Of a DNA stretch of 64,000 nucleotides, positions 18,001 to 34,700 are shown piece by piece; within the stretch, counting starts at the first letter, position 1, and every line of letters begins with the position of its first letter. The position numbers were made by a program, and so were the translations under genes. The stretch lies in contig OZ024745.1 in assembly GCA_964016885.1 (NCBI GenBank), forward strand, positions 5,704,001 through 5,768,000, in the 5' to 3' direction. The stretch is from Eledone cirrhosa (lineage: Eukaryota). Below the pieces are notes generated by a model. It was not told the DNA's origin and made no database searches. It worked only from the letters and a program-made list of their open reading frames with translations.

Positions 18001-21000
18001 ACATACATTTGGTCGTTATAAACTATGACAACATACATTTGGACGTTATAAACTATGACAACTTTTGGTCGTTATAAACTATGACAACATACATTTGGTC
18101 GTTATAAACTATGAGAACATTTGGTCGTTATAAACTATGACAACATACATTTGGTCGTTATAAACTATGACAACATTTGGTCATTATAAACTATGACAAC
18201 ATTTGGTCGTTATAAACTATGACAACATACATTTGGTCGTTATAAACTATGACAACATACATTTGGTCGTTATAAACTATGACAACATACATTAGTTCGT
18301 TATAAACTATGACAACATTTGGTCTTTATAAAGTATGACAACATACATTTGTTCGTTATAAACTATGACAACATTTGGTCGTTATAAACTATGACAACAT
18401 TTGGTCGTTATAAACTATGACAACATACATTTGGTCGTTATAAACTATGACAACATTTGGCCGTTATAAACTATGACAACATTTGGTCGTTATAAACTAT
18501 GACAACATTTGGTCGTTATAAACTATGACAACATACATTTGGTCGTTATAAACTATGACAACATACATTTGGACGTTATAAACTATGACAACATTTGGTC
18601 GTTATAAACTATGACAACATTTGGTATTTATAAACTATGACAACATACATTTGGTCGTTATAAACTATGACAACATACATTTGGTCTTTATAAACTATGA
18701 CAACATTTGGTCGTTATAAACTATGACAACATTTGGTCGTTATAAACTATGACAACATACATTTGGTCGTTATAAACTATGGCAACATTTGGTTGTTATA
18801 AACTATGACAACATACATTTGGCCGTTATAAACAATGACAACATTTGGTCGTTATAAACAATCACATTTGATCGGTATAAACTATGAGAACATTTGGTCG
18901 TTATAAACTATGACAACATTTGATCGTTATAAACTATGAGAACATTTGGTCGTTATAAACAATGACAACATTTTCGTTATAAACTATGAGAACATTTGGT
19001 CCTTATAAACTATGACGACATTTGATCGTTATAAACTATGAGAACATTTGGTCGTTATAAACAATGACAACATTTGATCGTTATAAACTATGACAACATA
19101 CATTTGGTCGTTATAAACTATGACAACATTTGATCGTTATAAACTATGAGAACATTTGGTCGTTATAAACTATGACAACATTTGGTCGTTATAAACTATC
19201 ACAACATACATTTCGTCGTTATAAACTATGACAACATTTGGTCGTTATCAACTATCACAATATACATTAGGTCGTTATAAACTATGACAACATTTGGTCG
19301 TTATGAACTATGACAACGTACATTTGGTGGTTATAGACTAGGGCAACATTTGGTCGTTATAAACTATGGCAACATACATTTGGTCGTTATAAACTATGAC
19401 AACATTTGGTCGTTATAAACTATGACAACATACATTTGGTCGTTATAAACTATGAGAACATTTGGTCGTTATAAACTATGACAACATACATTTGGTCGTT
19501 ATAAACTATGACAACATACATTTGGTCGTTATAAACTATGACAACATACATTTGGTCGTTATAAACTATGACAACTTTTGGTCGTTATAAACTATGACAA
19601 CATACATTTGGTCGTTATAAACCATGAGAACATTTGGTCGTTATAAACTATGACAACATACATTTGGTCGTTATAAACTATGACAACATTTGGTCGTTAT
19701 AAACTATGACAACATTTGGTCGTTATAAACTATGACAACATACATTTGGTCGTTATAAACTATGACAACATACATTTGGTCGTTATAAACTATGACAACA
19801 TACATTAGTTCGTTATAAACTATGACAACATTTGGTCTTTATAAAGTATGACAACATACATTTGTTCGTTATAAACTATGACAACATTTGGTCGTTATAA
19901 ACTATGACAACATTTGGTCGTTATAAACTATGACAACATACATTTGGTCGTTATAAACTATGACAACATTTGGCCGTTATAAACTATGACAACATTTGGT
20001 CGTTATAAACTATGACAACATTTGGTCGTTATAAACTATGACAACATACATTTGGACGTTATAAACTATGACAACATTTGGTCGTTATAAACTATGACAA
20101 CATTTGGTATTTATAAACTATGACAACATACATTTGGTCGTTATAAACTATGACAACATACATTTGGTCTTTATAAACTATGACAACATTTGGTCGTTAT
20201 AAACTATGACAACATTTGGTCGTTATAAACTATGACAACATACATTTGGTCGTTATAAACTATGGCAACATTTGGTTGTTATAAACTATGACAACATACA
20301 TTTGGCCGTTATAAACAATGACAACATTTGGTCGTTATAAACAATCACAACATTTGATCGGTATAAACTATGAGAACATTTGGTCGTTATAAACTATGAC
20401 AACATTTGATCGTTATAAACTATGAGAACATTTGGTCGTTATAAACAATGACAACATTTTCGTTATAAACTATGAGAACATTTGGTCGTTATAAACTATG
20501 ACGACATTTGATCGTTATAAACTATGAGAACATTTGGTCGTTATAAACAATGACAACATTTGATCGTTATAAACTATGACAACATACATTTGGTCGTTAT
20601 AAACTATGACAACATTTGATCGTTATAAACTATGAGAACATTTGGTCGTTATAAACTATGACAACATTTGGTCGTTATAAACTATCACAACATACATTTC
20701 GTCGTTATAAACTATGACAACATTTGGTCGTTATAAACTATCACAATATACATTAGGTCGTTATAAACTATGACAACATTTGGTCGTTATGAACTATGAC
20801 AACGTACATTTGGTGGTTATAAACTAGGGCAACATTTGGTCGTTATAAACTATGACAACATTTGATCGTTATAAACTATGACAACATTTGGTCGTTATAA
20901 ACTATGACCACATACATTTGGTCGTTATAAACTATAACAACATTTGGTCGTTATAAACTATGACAACATTTGGTCGTTATAAACTATGACAACATTTGGT

Positions 21001-24000
21001 CGTTATAAACTATGACAACATACATTTGGTCGTTATAAACTATGACAACATTTGGTCGTTATAAACTATGACAATATACATTAGGTCGTTATAAACTATG
21101 ACAACATTTGGCCGTTATAAACTATGACAAAGTACATTTGGTGGTTATAAACTATGGCAACATTTGACCGTTATAAACTATGACAACATTTGGTCGTTAT
21201 AAACTATGACAAAATTTGGTCGTTATAAACTATGAAAACATTTGGTCGTTATAAATTATGGCAACATTCGGTCGTTATAAACTATCACAACATACATTTC
21301 GTCGTTATAAACTATGACAACATTTGGTCGTTATAAACTATCACAATATACATTAGGTCGTTATAAACTATGACAACATTTGGTCGTTATGAACTATGAC
21401 AACGTACATTTGGTGGTTATAAACTAGGGCAACATTTGGTCGTTATAAACTATGACAACATTTGATCGTTATAAACTATGACAACATTTGGTCGTTATAA
21501 ACTATGACCACATACGTTTGGTCGTTATAAACTATAACAACATTTGGTCGTTATAAACTATGACAACATTTGGTCGTTATAAACTATGACAACATTTGGT
21601 CGTTATAAACTATGACAACATATATTTGGACGTTATAAACTATGACAACATTTGGTCGTTATAAACTATGACAACATACATTTGGTCGTTATAAACTATG
21701 ACAACATACATTTGGACGTTATAAACTATGACAACATACATTAGTTCGTTATAAACTATGACAACATTTGGTCGTTATAAACTATGACAACATATATTTG
21801 TTCGTTATAAACTATGACAACATTTGGTTATTATAAACTATGACAACATTTGGTCGTTATAAACTATGACAACATTTGGTCGTTATAAACTATGACAACA
21901 TACATTTGGTCGTTATAAACTATGACAACATTTGGCCGTTATAAACTATGACAACATTTGGTCGTTATAAACTATGACAACTTTTGGTCGTTATAAACTA
22001 TGACAACATATATTTGGACGTTATAAACTATGACAACATTTGGTCGTTATAAACTATGACAACATTTGGTATTTATAAACTATGACAATATACATTTGGT
22101 CGTTATAAACTATGACAACATACATTTGGTCGTTATAAACTATGACAACATTTGGTCGTTATAAACTATGACAACATTTGGTCGTTATAAACTATGACAA
22201 CATTTGGTCGTTATAAACTATGACAACATACATTTGGTCGTTATAAACAATGACAACATTTGGTCGTTATAAACAATGACAACATTTGATCGGTATAAAC
22301 TATGAGAACATTTGGTCGTTATAAACTATGACAACATTTGATCGTTATAAACTATGAGAACATTTGGTTGTTATAAACAATGACAACATTTATCGTTATA
22401 AACTATGAGAACATTTGGTCGTTATAAACTATGACAACATTTGATCGTTATAAACTATGAGAACATTTCGTCGTTATAAACAATGACAACATTTGATCGT
22501 TATAAACTATGACAACATACATTTGGTCGTTATAAAATATGACAACATTTGATCGTTATAAACTATGAGAACATTTGGTCGTTATAAACTATGACAACAT
22601 TTGGTCGTTATGAACTATGACAACGTACATTTGGTGGTTATAAACTATGGCAACATTTGGTCGTTATAAACTATGACAACATTTGGTCGTTATAAACTAT
22701 GACAACATTTGGTCGTTATAAACTATGACCACATATATTTGGTCGTTATAAACTATAACAACATTTGGTCGTTATAAACTATGACAACATTTGGTCGTTA
22801 TAAACTATGGCAACATTCGGTCGTTATAAACTATGGCAACATACATTTGGTCGTTATAAACTATTACAACATTTGGTCGTTATAAACTATGACAACATAC
22901 ATTTGGTCGTTATAAACTATGAGAACATTTGGTCGTTATAAACTATGACAACATACATTTGGTCGTTATAAACTATGACAACATACATTTTGTCGTTATA
23001 AACTATGACAACATACATTTGGACGTTATAAACTATGACAACTTTTGGTCGTTATAAACTATGACAACATACATTTGGTCGTTATAAACTATGACAACAT
23101 ACATTTGGTCGTTATAAACTATGACAACATTTGGTCGTTATAAACTATGACAACATTTGGTCGTTATAAACTATGACAACATACATTTGGTCGTTATAAA
23201 CTATGACAACATACATTTGGTCGTTATAAACTATGACAACATACATTAGTTCGTTATAAACTATGACAACATTTGGTCTTTATAAAGTATGACAACATAC
23301 ATTTGTTCGTTATAAACTATGACAACATTTGGTCGTTATAAACTATGACAACATTTGGTCGTTATAAACTATGACAACATACATTTGGTCGTTATAAACT
23401 ATGACAACATTTCGCCGTTATAAACTATGACAACATTTGGTCGTTATAAACTATGACAACATTTGGTCGTTATAAACTATGACAACATACATTTGGTCGT
23501 TATAAACTATGACAACATACATTTGGACGTTATAAACTATGACAACATTTGGTCGTTATAAACTATGACAACATTTGGTATTTATAAACTATGACAACAT
23601 ACATTTGGTCGTTATAAACTATGACAACATACATTTGGTCTTTATAAACTATGACAACATTTGGTCGTTATAAACTATGACAACATTTGGTCGTTATAAA
23701 CTATGACAACATACATTTGGTCGTTATAAACTATGGCAACATTTGGTTGTTATAAACTATGACAACATACATTTGGCCGTTATAAACAATGACAACATTT
23801 GGTCGTTATAAACAATCACAACATTTGATCGGTATAAACTATGACAACATTTGGTCGTTATAAACTATGACAACATTTGATCGTTATAAACTATGAGAAC
23901 ATTTGGTCGTTATAAACAATGACAACATTTTCGTTATAAACTATGAGAACATTTGGTCGTTATAAACTATGACGACATTTGATCGTTATAAACTATGAGA

Positions 24001-27000
24001 ACATTTGGTCGTTATAAACAATGACAACATTTGATCGTTATAAACTATGACAACATACATTTGGTCGTTATAAACTATGACAACATTTGATCGTTATAAA
24101 CTATGAGAACATTTGGTCGTTATAAACTATGACAACATTTGGTCGTTATAAACTATCACAACATACATTTCGTCGTTATAAACTATGACAACATTTGGTC
24201 GTTATAAACTATCACAATATACATTAGGTCGTTATAAACTATGACAACATTTGGTCGTTATGAACTATGACAACGTACATTTGGTGGTTATAAACTAGGG
24301 CAACATTTGGTCGTTATAAACTATGACAACATTTGATCGTTATAAACTATGACAACATTTGGTCGTTATAAACTATGACCACATACATTTGGTCGTTATA
24401 AACTATAACAACATTTGGTCGTTATAAACTATGACAACATTTGGTCGTTATAAACTATGACAACATTTGGTCGTTATAAACTATGACAACATACATTTGG
24501 TCGTTATAAACTATGACAACATTTGGTCGTTATAAACTATGACAATATACACTAGGTCGTTATAAACTATGACAACATTTGGCCGTTATAAACTATGACA
24601 AAGTACATTTGGTGGTTATAAACTATGGCAACATTTGACCGTTATAAACTATGACAACATTTGGTCGTTATAAACTATGACAACATTTGGTCGTTATAAA
24701 CTATGAAAACATTTGGTCGTTATAAATTATGGCAACATTCGGTCGTTATAAACTATCACAACATACATTTCGTCGTTATAAACTATGACAACATTTGGTC
24801 GTTATAAACTATCACAATATACATTAGGTCGTTATAAACTATGACAACATTTGGTCGTTATGAACTATGACAACGTACATTTGGTGGTTATAAACTAGGG
24901 CAACATTTGGTCGTTATAAACTATGACAACATTTGATCGTTATAAACTATGACAACATTTGGTCGTTATAAACTATGACCACATACGTTTGGTCGTTATA
25001 AACTATAACAACATTTGGTCGTTATAAACTATGACAACATTTGGTCGTTATAAACTATGACAACATTTGGTCGTTATAAACTATGACAACATACATTTGG
25101 ACGTTATAAACTATGACAACATTTGGTCGTTATAAACTATGACAACATACATTTGGTCGTTATAAACTATGACAACATACATTTGGACGTTATAAACTAT
25201 GACAACATACATTAGTTCGTTATAAACTATGACAACATTTGGTCGTTATAAACTATGACAACATATATTTGTTCGTTATAAACTATGACAACATTTGGTT
25301 ATTATAAACTATGACAACATTTGGTCGTTATAAACTATGACAACATTTGGTCGTTATAAACTATGACAACATACATTTGGTCGTTATAAACTATGACAAC
25401 ATTTGGCCGTTATAAACTATGACAACATTTGGTCGTTATAAACTATGACAACTTTTGGTCGTTATAAACTATGACAACATATATTTGGACGTTATAAACT
25501 ATGACAACATTTGGTCGTTATAAACTATGACAACATTTGGTATTTATAAACTATGACAATATACATTTGGTCGTTATAAACTATGACAACATACATTTGG
25601 TCGTTATAAACTATGACAACATTTGGTCGTTATAAACTATGACAACATTTGGTCGTTATAAACTATGACAACATTTGGTCGTTATAAACTATGACAACAT
25701 ACATTTGGTCGTTATAAACAATGACAACATTTGGTCGTTATAAACAATGACAACATTTGATCGGTATAAACTATGAGAACATTTGGTCGTTATAAACTAT
25801 GACAACATTTGATCGTTATAAACTATGAGAACATTTGGTTGTTATAAACAATGACAACATTTATCGTTATAAACTATGAGAACATTTGGTCGTTATAAAC
25901 TATGACAACATTTGATCGTTATAAACTATGAGAACATTTCGTCGTTATAAACAATGACAACATTTGATCGTTATAAACTATGACAACATACATTTGGTCG
26001 TTATAAAATATGACAACATTTGATCGTTATAAACTATGAGAACATTTGGTCGTTATAAACTATGACAACATTTGGTCGTTATGAACTATGACAACGTACA
26101 CTTGGTGGTTATAAACTATGGCAACATTTGGTCGTTATAAACTATGACAACATTTGGTCGTTATAAACTATGACAACATTTGGTCGTTATAAACTATGAC
26201 CACATATATTTGGTTGTTATAAACTATAACAACATTTGGTCGTTATAAACTATGACAACATTTGGTCGTTATAAACTATGGCAACATTCGGTCGTTATAA
26301 ACTATGGCAACATACATTTGGTCGTTATAAACTATGACAACATTTGGTCGTTATAAACTATGACAACATACATTTGGTCGTTATAAACTATGAGAACATT
26401 TGGTCGTTATAAACTATGACAACATACATTTTGTCGTTATAAACTATGACAACATACATTTGGTCGTTATAAACTATGACAACATACATTTGGACGTTAT
26501 AAACTATGACAACTTTTGGTCGTTATAAACTATGACAACATACATTTGGTCGTTATAAACTATGAGAACATTTGGTCGTTATAAACTATGACAACATACA
26601 TTTGGTCGTTATAAACTATGACAACATTTGGTCGTTATAAACTATGACAACATTTGGTCGTTATAAACTATGACAACATACATTTGGTCGTTATAAACTA
26701 TGACAACATTTGGTCGTTATAAACTATGACAACATTTGGTCGTTATAAACTATGACAACATTTGGTCGTTATAAACTATGACAACATACATTTGGTCGTT
26801 ATAAACTATGACAACATTTGGCCGTTATAAACTATGACAACATTTGGTCGTTATAAACTATGACAACATTTGGTCGTTATAAACTATGACAACATACATT
26901 TGGTCGTTATAAACTATGACAACATACATTTGGACGTTATAAACTATGACAACATTTGGTCGTTATAAACTATGACAACATTTGGTATTTATAAACTATG

Positions 27001-30000
27001 ACAACATACATTTGGTCGTTATAAACTATGACAACATACATTTGGTCTTTATAAACTATGACAACATTTGGTCGTTATAAACTATGACAACATTTGGTCG
27101 TTATAAACTATGACAACATACATTTGGTCGTTATAAACTATGGCAACATTTGGTTGTTATAAACTATGACAACATACATTTGGCCGTTATAAACAATGAC
27201 AACATTTGGTCGTTATAAACAATCACAACATTTGATCGGTATAAACTATGAGAACATTTGGTCGTTATAAACTATGACAACATTTGATCGTTATAAACTA
27301 TGAGAACATTTGGTCGTTATAAACAATGACAACATTTTCGTTATAAACTATGAGAACATTTGGTCGTTATAAACTATGACGACATTTGATCGTTATAAAC
27401 TATGAGAACATTTGGTCGTTATAAACAATGACAACATTTGATCGTTATAAACTATGACAACATACATTTGGTCGTTATAAACTATGACAACATTTGATCG
27501 TTATAAACTATGAGAACATTTGGTCGTTATAAACTATGACAACATTTGGTCGTTATAAACTATCACAACATACATTTCGTCGTTATAAACTATGACAACA
27601 TTTGGTCGTTATAAACTATCACAATATACATTAGGTCGTTATAAACTATGACAACATTTGGTCGTTATGAACTATGACAACGTACATTTGGTGGTTATAA
27701 ACTAGGGCAACATTTGGTCGTTATAAACTATGACAACATTTGATCGTTATAAACTATGACAACATTTGGTCGTTATAAACTATGACCACATACATTTGGA
27801 CGTTATAAACTATAACAATATTTGGTCGTTATAAACTATGACAACATTTGGTCGTTATAAACTATGACAACATTTGGTCGTTATAAACTATGACAACATA
27901 CATTTGGTCGTTATAAACTATGACAACATTTGGTCGTTATAAACTATGACAATATACATTAGGTCGTTATAAACTATGACAACATTTGGCCGTTATAAAC
28001 TATGACAAAGTACATTTGGTGGTTATAAACTATGGCAACATTTGACCGTTATAAACTATGACAACATTTGGTCGTTATAAACTATGACAACATTTGGTCG
28101 TTATAAACTATGAAAACATTTGGTCGTTATAAATTATGGCAACATTCGGTCGTTATAAACTATGACAACATACATTTGGTCGTTATAAACTATGGCAACA
28201 TACATTTGGTCGTTATAAACTATGACAACATTTGGTCGTTATAAACTATGACAACATACATTTGGTCGTTATAAACTATGACAACATACATTTGGTCGTT
28301 ATAAACTATGACAACATACATTTGGTCGTTATAAACTATGGCAACATACATTTGGTCGTTATAAACTATGACAACATTTGGCCGTTATAAACTATGACAA
28401 CATACATTTGGTCGTTATAAACTATGACAACATACATTTGGTCGTTATAAACTATGACAACATACATTTGGACGTTATAAACTATGACAACATTTGGTCG
28501 TTATAAACTATGACAACATACATTTGGTCGTTATAAACTATGACAACATACATTTGGACGTTAAAAACTATGACAACATACATTAGTTCGTTATAAACTA
28601 TGACAACATTTGGTCGTTATAAACTATGACAACATACATTTGTTCGTTATAAACTATGACAACATTTGGTCGTTATAAACTATGACAACATTTGGTCGTT
28701 ATAAACTATGACAACATTTGGTCGTTATAAACTATGACAACATACATTTGGTCGTTATAAACTATGACAACATACATTTGGTCGTTATAAACTATGACAA
28801 CATTTGGTCGTTATAAACTATGACAACATTTGGTCGTTATAAACTATGACAACATTTGTTCGTTATAAACTATGACAACATACATTTGGTCGTTATAAAC
28901 TATGACAACATTTGGTCGGTATAAACTATGACAACATACATTTGGACGTTATAAACTATGCCAACTTTTGGTCGTTATAAACTATGACAACATACATTTC
29001 GTCGTTATAAACTATGGCAACATTTGGTTGTTATAAACTATGACAACATACATTTGGCCGTTATAAACAATGACAACATTTGGTCGTTACAAACAATCAC
29101 AACATTTGATCGGTATAAACTATGAGAACATTTGGTCGTTATAAACAATGACAACATTTTCGTTATAAACTATGAGAACATTTGGTCGTTATAAACTATG
29201 ACAACATTTGGTCGTTATAAACTATCACAACATACATTTCGTCGTTATAAACTATGACAACATTTGGTCGTTATAAACTATCACAATATACATTAGGTCG
29301 TTATAAACTATGACAACATTTGGTCGTTATGAACTATGACAACGTACATTTGGTGGTTATAAACTAGGGCAACATTTGGTCGTTATAAACTATGACAACA
29401 TTTGATCATTATAAACTATGACAACATTTGGTCGTTATAAACTATGACCACATACATTTGGTCGTTATAAACTATAACAACATTTGGTCGTTATAAACTA
29501 TGACAACATTTGGTCGTTATAAACTATGACAACATTTGTTCGTTATAAACTATGACAACATACATTTGGACGTTATAAACTATGACAACATTTGGTCGTT
29601 ATAAACTATGACAACATACATTTGGTCGTTATAAACTATGACAACATACATTTGGACGTTATAAACTATGACAACATACATTAGTTCGTTATAAACTATG
29701 ACAACATTTGGTCGTTATAAACTATGACAACATACATTTGTTCGTTATAAACTATGACAACATTTGGTTATTATAAACTATGACAACATTTGGTCGTTAT
29801 AAACTATGACAACATTTGGTCGTTATAAACTATGACAACATACATTTGGTCGTTATAAACTATGACAACATTTGGCCGTTATAAACTATGACAACATTTG
29901 GTCGTTATAAACTATGACAACTTTTGGTCGTTATAAACTATGACAACATATATTTGGACGTTATAAACTATGACAACATTTGGTCGTTATAAACTATGAC

Positions 30001-31700
30001 AACATTTGGTATTTATAAACTATGACAATATACATTTGGTCGTTATAAACTATGACAACATACATTTGGTCGTTATAAACTATGACAACATTTGGTCGTT
30101 ATAAACTATGACAACATTTGGTCGTTATAAACTATGACAACATTTGGTCGTTATAAACTATGACAACATACATTTGGTCGTTATAAACAATGACAACATT
30201 TGGTCGTTATAAACAATGACAACATTTGATCGGTATAAACTATGAGAACATTTGGTCGTTATAAACTATGACAACATTTGATCGTTATAAACTATGAGAA
30301 CATTTGGTTGTTATAAACAATGACAACATTTATCGTTATAAACTATGAGAACATTTGGTCGTTATAAACTATGACAACATTTGATCGTTATAAACTATGA
30401 GAACATTTCGTCTTTATAAACAATGACAACATTTGATCGTTATAAACTATGACAACATACATTTGGTCGTTATAAAATATGACAACATTTGATCGTTATA
30501 AACTATGAGAACATTTGGTCGTTATAAACTATGACAACATTTGGTCGTTATGAACTATGACAACGTACATTTGGTGGTTATAAACTATGGCAACATTTGG
30601 TCGTTATAAACTATGACAACATTTGGTCGTTATAAACTATGACAACATTTGGTCGTTATAAACTATGACCACATATATTTGGTCGTTATAAACTATAACA
30701 ACATTTGGTCGTTATAAACTATGACAACATTTGGTCGTTATAAACTATGGCAACATTCGGTCGTTATAAACTATGGCAACATACATTTGGTCGTTATAAA
30801 CTATGACAACATTTGGTCGTTATAAACTATGACAACATACATTTGGTCGTTATAAACTATGAGAACATTTGGTCGTTATAAACTATGACAACATACATTT
30901 GGTCGTTATAAACTATGACAACATACATTTGGTCGTTATAAACTATGACAACATACATTTGGACGTTATAAACTATGACAACTTTTGGTCGTTATAAACT
31001 ATGACAACATACATTTGGTCGTTATAAACTATGAGAACATTTGGTCGTTATAAACTATGACAACATACATTTGGTCGTTATAAACTATGACAACATTTGG
31101 TCGTTATAAACTATGACAACATTTGGTCGTTATAAACTATGACAACATACATTTGGTCGTTATAAACAATGACAACATACATTTGGTCGTTATAAACTAT
31201 GACAACATACATTAGTTCGTTATAAACTATGACAACATTTGGTCTTTATAAAGTATGACAACATACATTTGTTCGTTATAAACTATGACAACATTTGGTC
31301 GTTATAAACTATGACAACATTTGGTCGTTATAAACTATGACAACATTTGGTCGTTATAAACTATGACAACATACATTTGGTCGTTATAAACTATGACAAC
31401 ATTTGGCCGTTATAAACTATGACAACATTTGGTCGTTATAAACTATGACAACATTTGGTCGTTATAAACTATGACAACATACATTTGGTCGTTATAAACT
31501 ATGACAACATACATTTGGACTTTATAAACTATGACAACATTTGGTCGTTATAAACTATGACAACATTTGGTATTTATAAACTATGACAACATACATTTGG
31601 CCGTTATAAACTATGACAACATACATTTGGTCTTTATAAACTATGACAACATTTGGTCGTTATAAACTATGACAACATTTGGTCGTTATAAACTATGACA
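1..31700 (+). repeat. Left satellite domain with higher-order repeats (offsets of 3085 bp, 2123 bp and about 3.4-5 kb)
   Basis: Diagnostic variants are TTTGATCG, ACTAGGGCAAC, AACGTACATTTGGTGG and the 24-mer ACATTTTCG. GGCACC at 86/3171 and TCACAGC at 911/3996 give an offset of 3085. TAAACTACAT at 4571/6694 and ACTATTAC at 5461/7584 give 2123. GAACATTTCG occurs at 13984, 17481, 22461, 25932 and 30401. The boundary is approximate. Confidence 0.85.
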
Positions 31701-34700
31701 ACATTTGGTCGTTATAAACTATGACAACATCTGGTCGTTATAAACTATGACAACATACATTTGGTCGTTATAAACTATGACAACATTTGGTTGGTATAAA
31801 CTATGACAACATACATTTGGACGTTATAAACTATGACAACTTTTGGTCGTTATAAACTATGACAACATACATTTCGTCGTTATAAACTATGGCAACATTT
31901 GGTCGTTATAAACTATGACAACATTTGGTCGTAATAAACTATGACAACATTTGGTCGTAATAAACTATGACAACATACATTTGGTCGTTATAAACTATGA
32001 CAACATTTGGTCGTTATAAACTATGAGAACAAACATTTGGTCGTTATAAACTATGACAACATACATTAGGTCGTTATAAACTATGGCAACATTTGGTCGT
32101 TATAAACTATGACAACATTTGGTCGTTATAATCTATGACAACATACATTTGTTCGTTATAAACTATGACAATATTTGGTCGTTATAAACTATGGCAACAC
32201 TTTGTCGTTATTAACTATGACAACATTTGGTCGTTATAAACTATGACAACATACATTTGGTCGTTATAAACTATGACAACATTTGGTCGTTATATATTAT
32301 GACAACATTTGGTCGTTATAAACTATGACAACATTTGGTCGTTATAAACTATGACAACATTTGCTCGTTATAAATTATAACAACATACATTTGGACGTTA
32401 TAAACAATGAAAACATACATTTCGTCGCTATAATCTATGACAACATTTGGTCGTTATAAACTATGACAACATACATTTGGTCGTTATAAACTATGACAAC
32501 ATACATTTGGTCGTTATAAACTATGACAACATTTGGTCGTTATAAACTACGACAACATTTGGTCGTTATAAATTATGACAACATTTAGTCGTTATAAACT
32601 ATGACAACATACATTTGGTCGTTATAAACTATGACAACTTACATTTGGTCGTTATAAACTATGACAACATTTGGTCGTTATAAACTATGGCAACATTTGG
32701 TCGTTATAAACTATGACAACATTTGGTCGTTATAAACTATGACAACATTTGGTCGTTATAAACTATGACAACATTTGGTCGTTATAAACTATGACAACAT
32801 ACATTTGGACGTTATAAACTATGGCAACATACATTTGGTCGTTATAAACTATGACAACATTTGGTCGTTATAAACTATGACAACATTTGGTCGCTATAAA
32901 CTATGACAACATTTGGTCGTTATAAACTATGACAACATTTGGTCGTTATAAACTGACAACATTTGGTCGTTATAAACTATGACAACATACATTTCGTCGC
33001 TATAATCTATGACAACACTTGGTCGTTATAAACTATGACAACATACATTTGGTCGTTATAAACTATGACAACATTTGGTCGTTATAAACTATGACAACAT
33101 ACATTTGGTCGTTATAAACTTTGACAACATTTGGTCGTTATAAACTATGACAACATACATTTGGTCGTTATAAACTATGACAACATACATTTGGTCGTTA
33201 TAAACTATGACAACATTTGGTCGTTATAAACTATGACAACATTTGGTCGTTATAAACTATGACCACATACATTTGGTCGTTATAAACTATGACAACATAC
33301 ATTTGGTCGTTATAAACTATGACAACATACATTAGTTCGTTATAAACTATGACAACATTTGGTCTTTATAAAGTATGACAACATACATTTGTTCGTTATA
33401 AACTATGACAACATTTGGTCGTTATAAACTATGACAACATTTGGTCGTTATAAACTATGACAACATTTGGTCGTTATAAACTATGACAACATACATTTGG
33501 TCGTTATAAACTATGACAACATTTGGCCGTTATAAACTATGACAACATTTGGTCGTTATAAACTATGACAACATTTGGTCGTTATAAACTATGACAACAT
33601 ACATTTGGTCGTTATAAACTATGACAACATACATTTGGACGTTATAAACTATGACAACATTTGGTCGTTATAAACTATGACAACATTTGGTATTTATAAA
33701 CTATGACAACATACATTTGGTCGTTATAAACTATGACAACATACATTTGGTCTGTATAAACTATGACAACATTTGGTCGTTATAAACTATGACAACATTT
33801 GGTCGTTATAAACTATGACAACATTTGGTCGTTATAAACTATGACAACATCTGGTCGTTATAAACTATGACAACATACATTTGGTCGTTATAAACTATGA
33901 CAACATTTGGTTGGTATAAACTATGACAACATACATTTGGACGTTATAAACTATGACAACTTTTGGTCGTTATAAACTATGACAACATACATTTCGTCGT
34001 TATAAACTATGGCAACATTTGGTCGTTATAAACTATGACAACATTTGGTCGTAATAAACTATGACAACATTTGGTCGTAATAAACTATGACAACATACAT
34101 TTGGTCGTTATAAACTATGACAACATTTGGTCGTTATAAACTATGAGAACAAACATTTGGTCGTTATAAACTATGACAACATACATTAGGTCGTTATAAA
34201 CTATGGCAACATTTGGTCGTTATAAACTATGACAACATTTGGTCGTTATAATCTATGACAACATACATTTGTTCGTTATAAACTATGACAATATTTGGTC
34301 GTTATAAACTATGGCAACACTTTGTCGTTATTAACTATGACAACATTTGGTCGTTATAAACTATGACAACATACATTTGGTCGTTATAAACTATGACAAC
34401 ATTTGGTCGTTATATATTATGACAACATTTGGTCGTTATAAACTATGACAACATTTGGTCGTTATAAACTATGACAACATTTGCTCGTTATAAATTATAA
34501 CAACATACATTTGGACGTTATAAACAATGAAAACATACATTTCGTCGCTATAATCTATGACAACATTTGGTCGTTATAAACTATGACAACATACATTTGG
34601 TCGTTATAAACTATGACAACATTTGGTCGTTATAAACTACGACAACATTTGGTCGTTATAAATTATGACAACATTTAGTCGTTATAAACTATGACAACAT

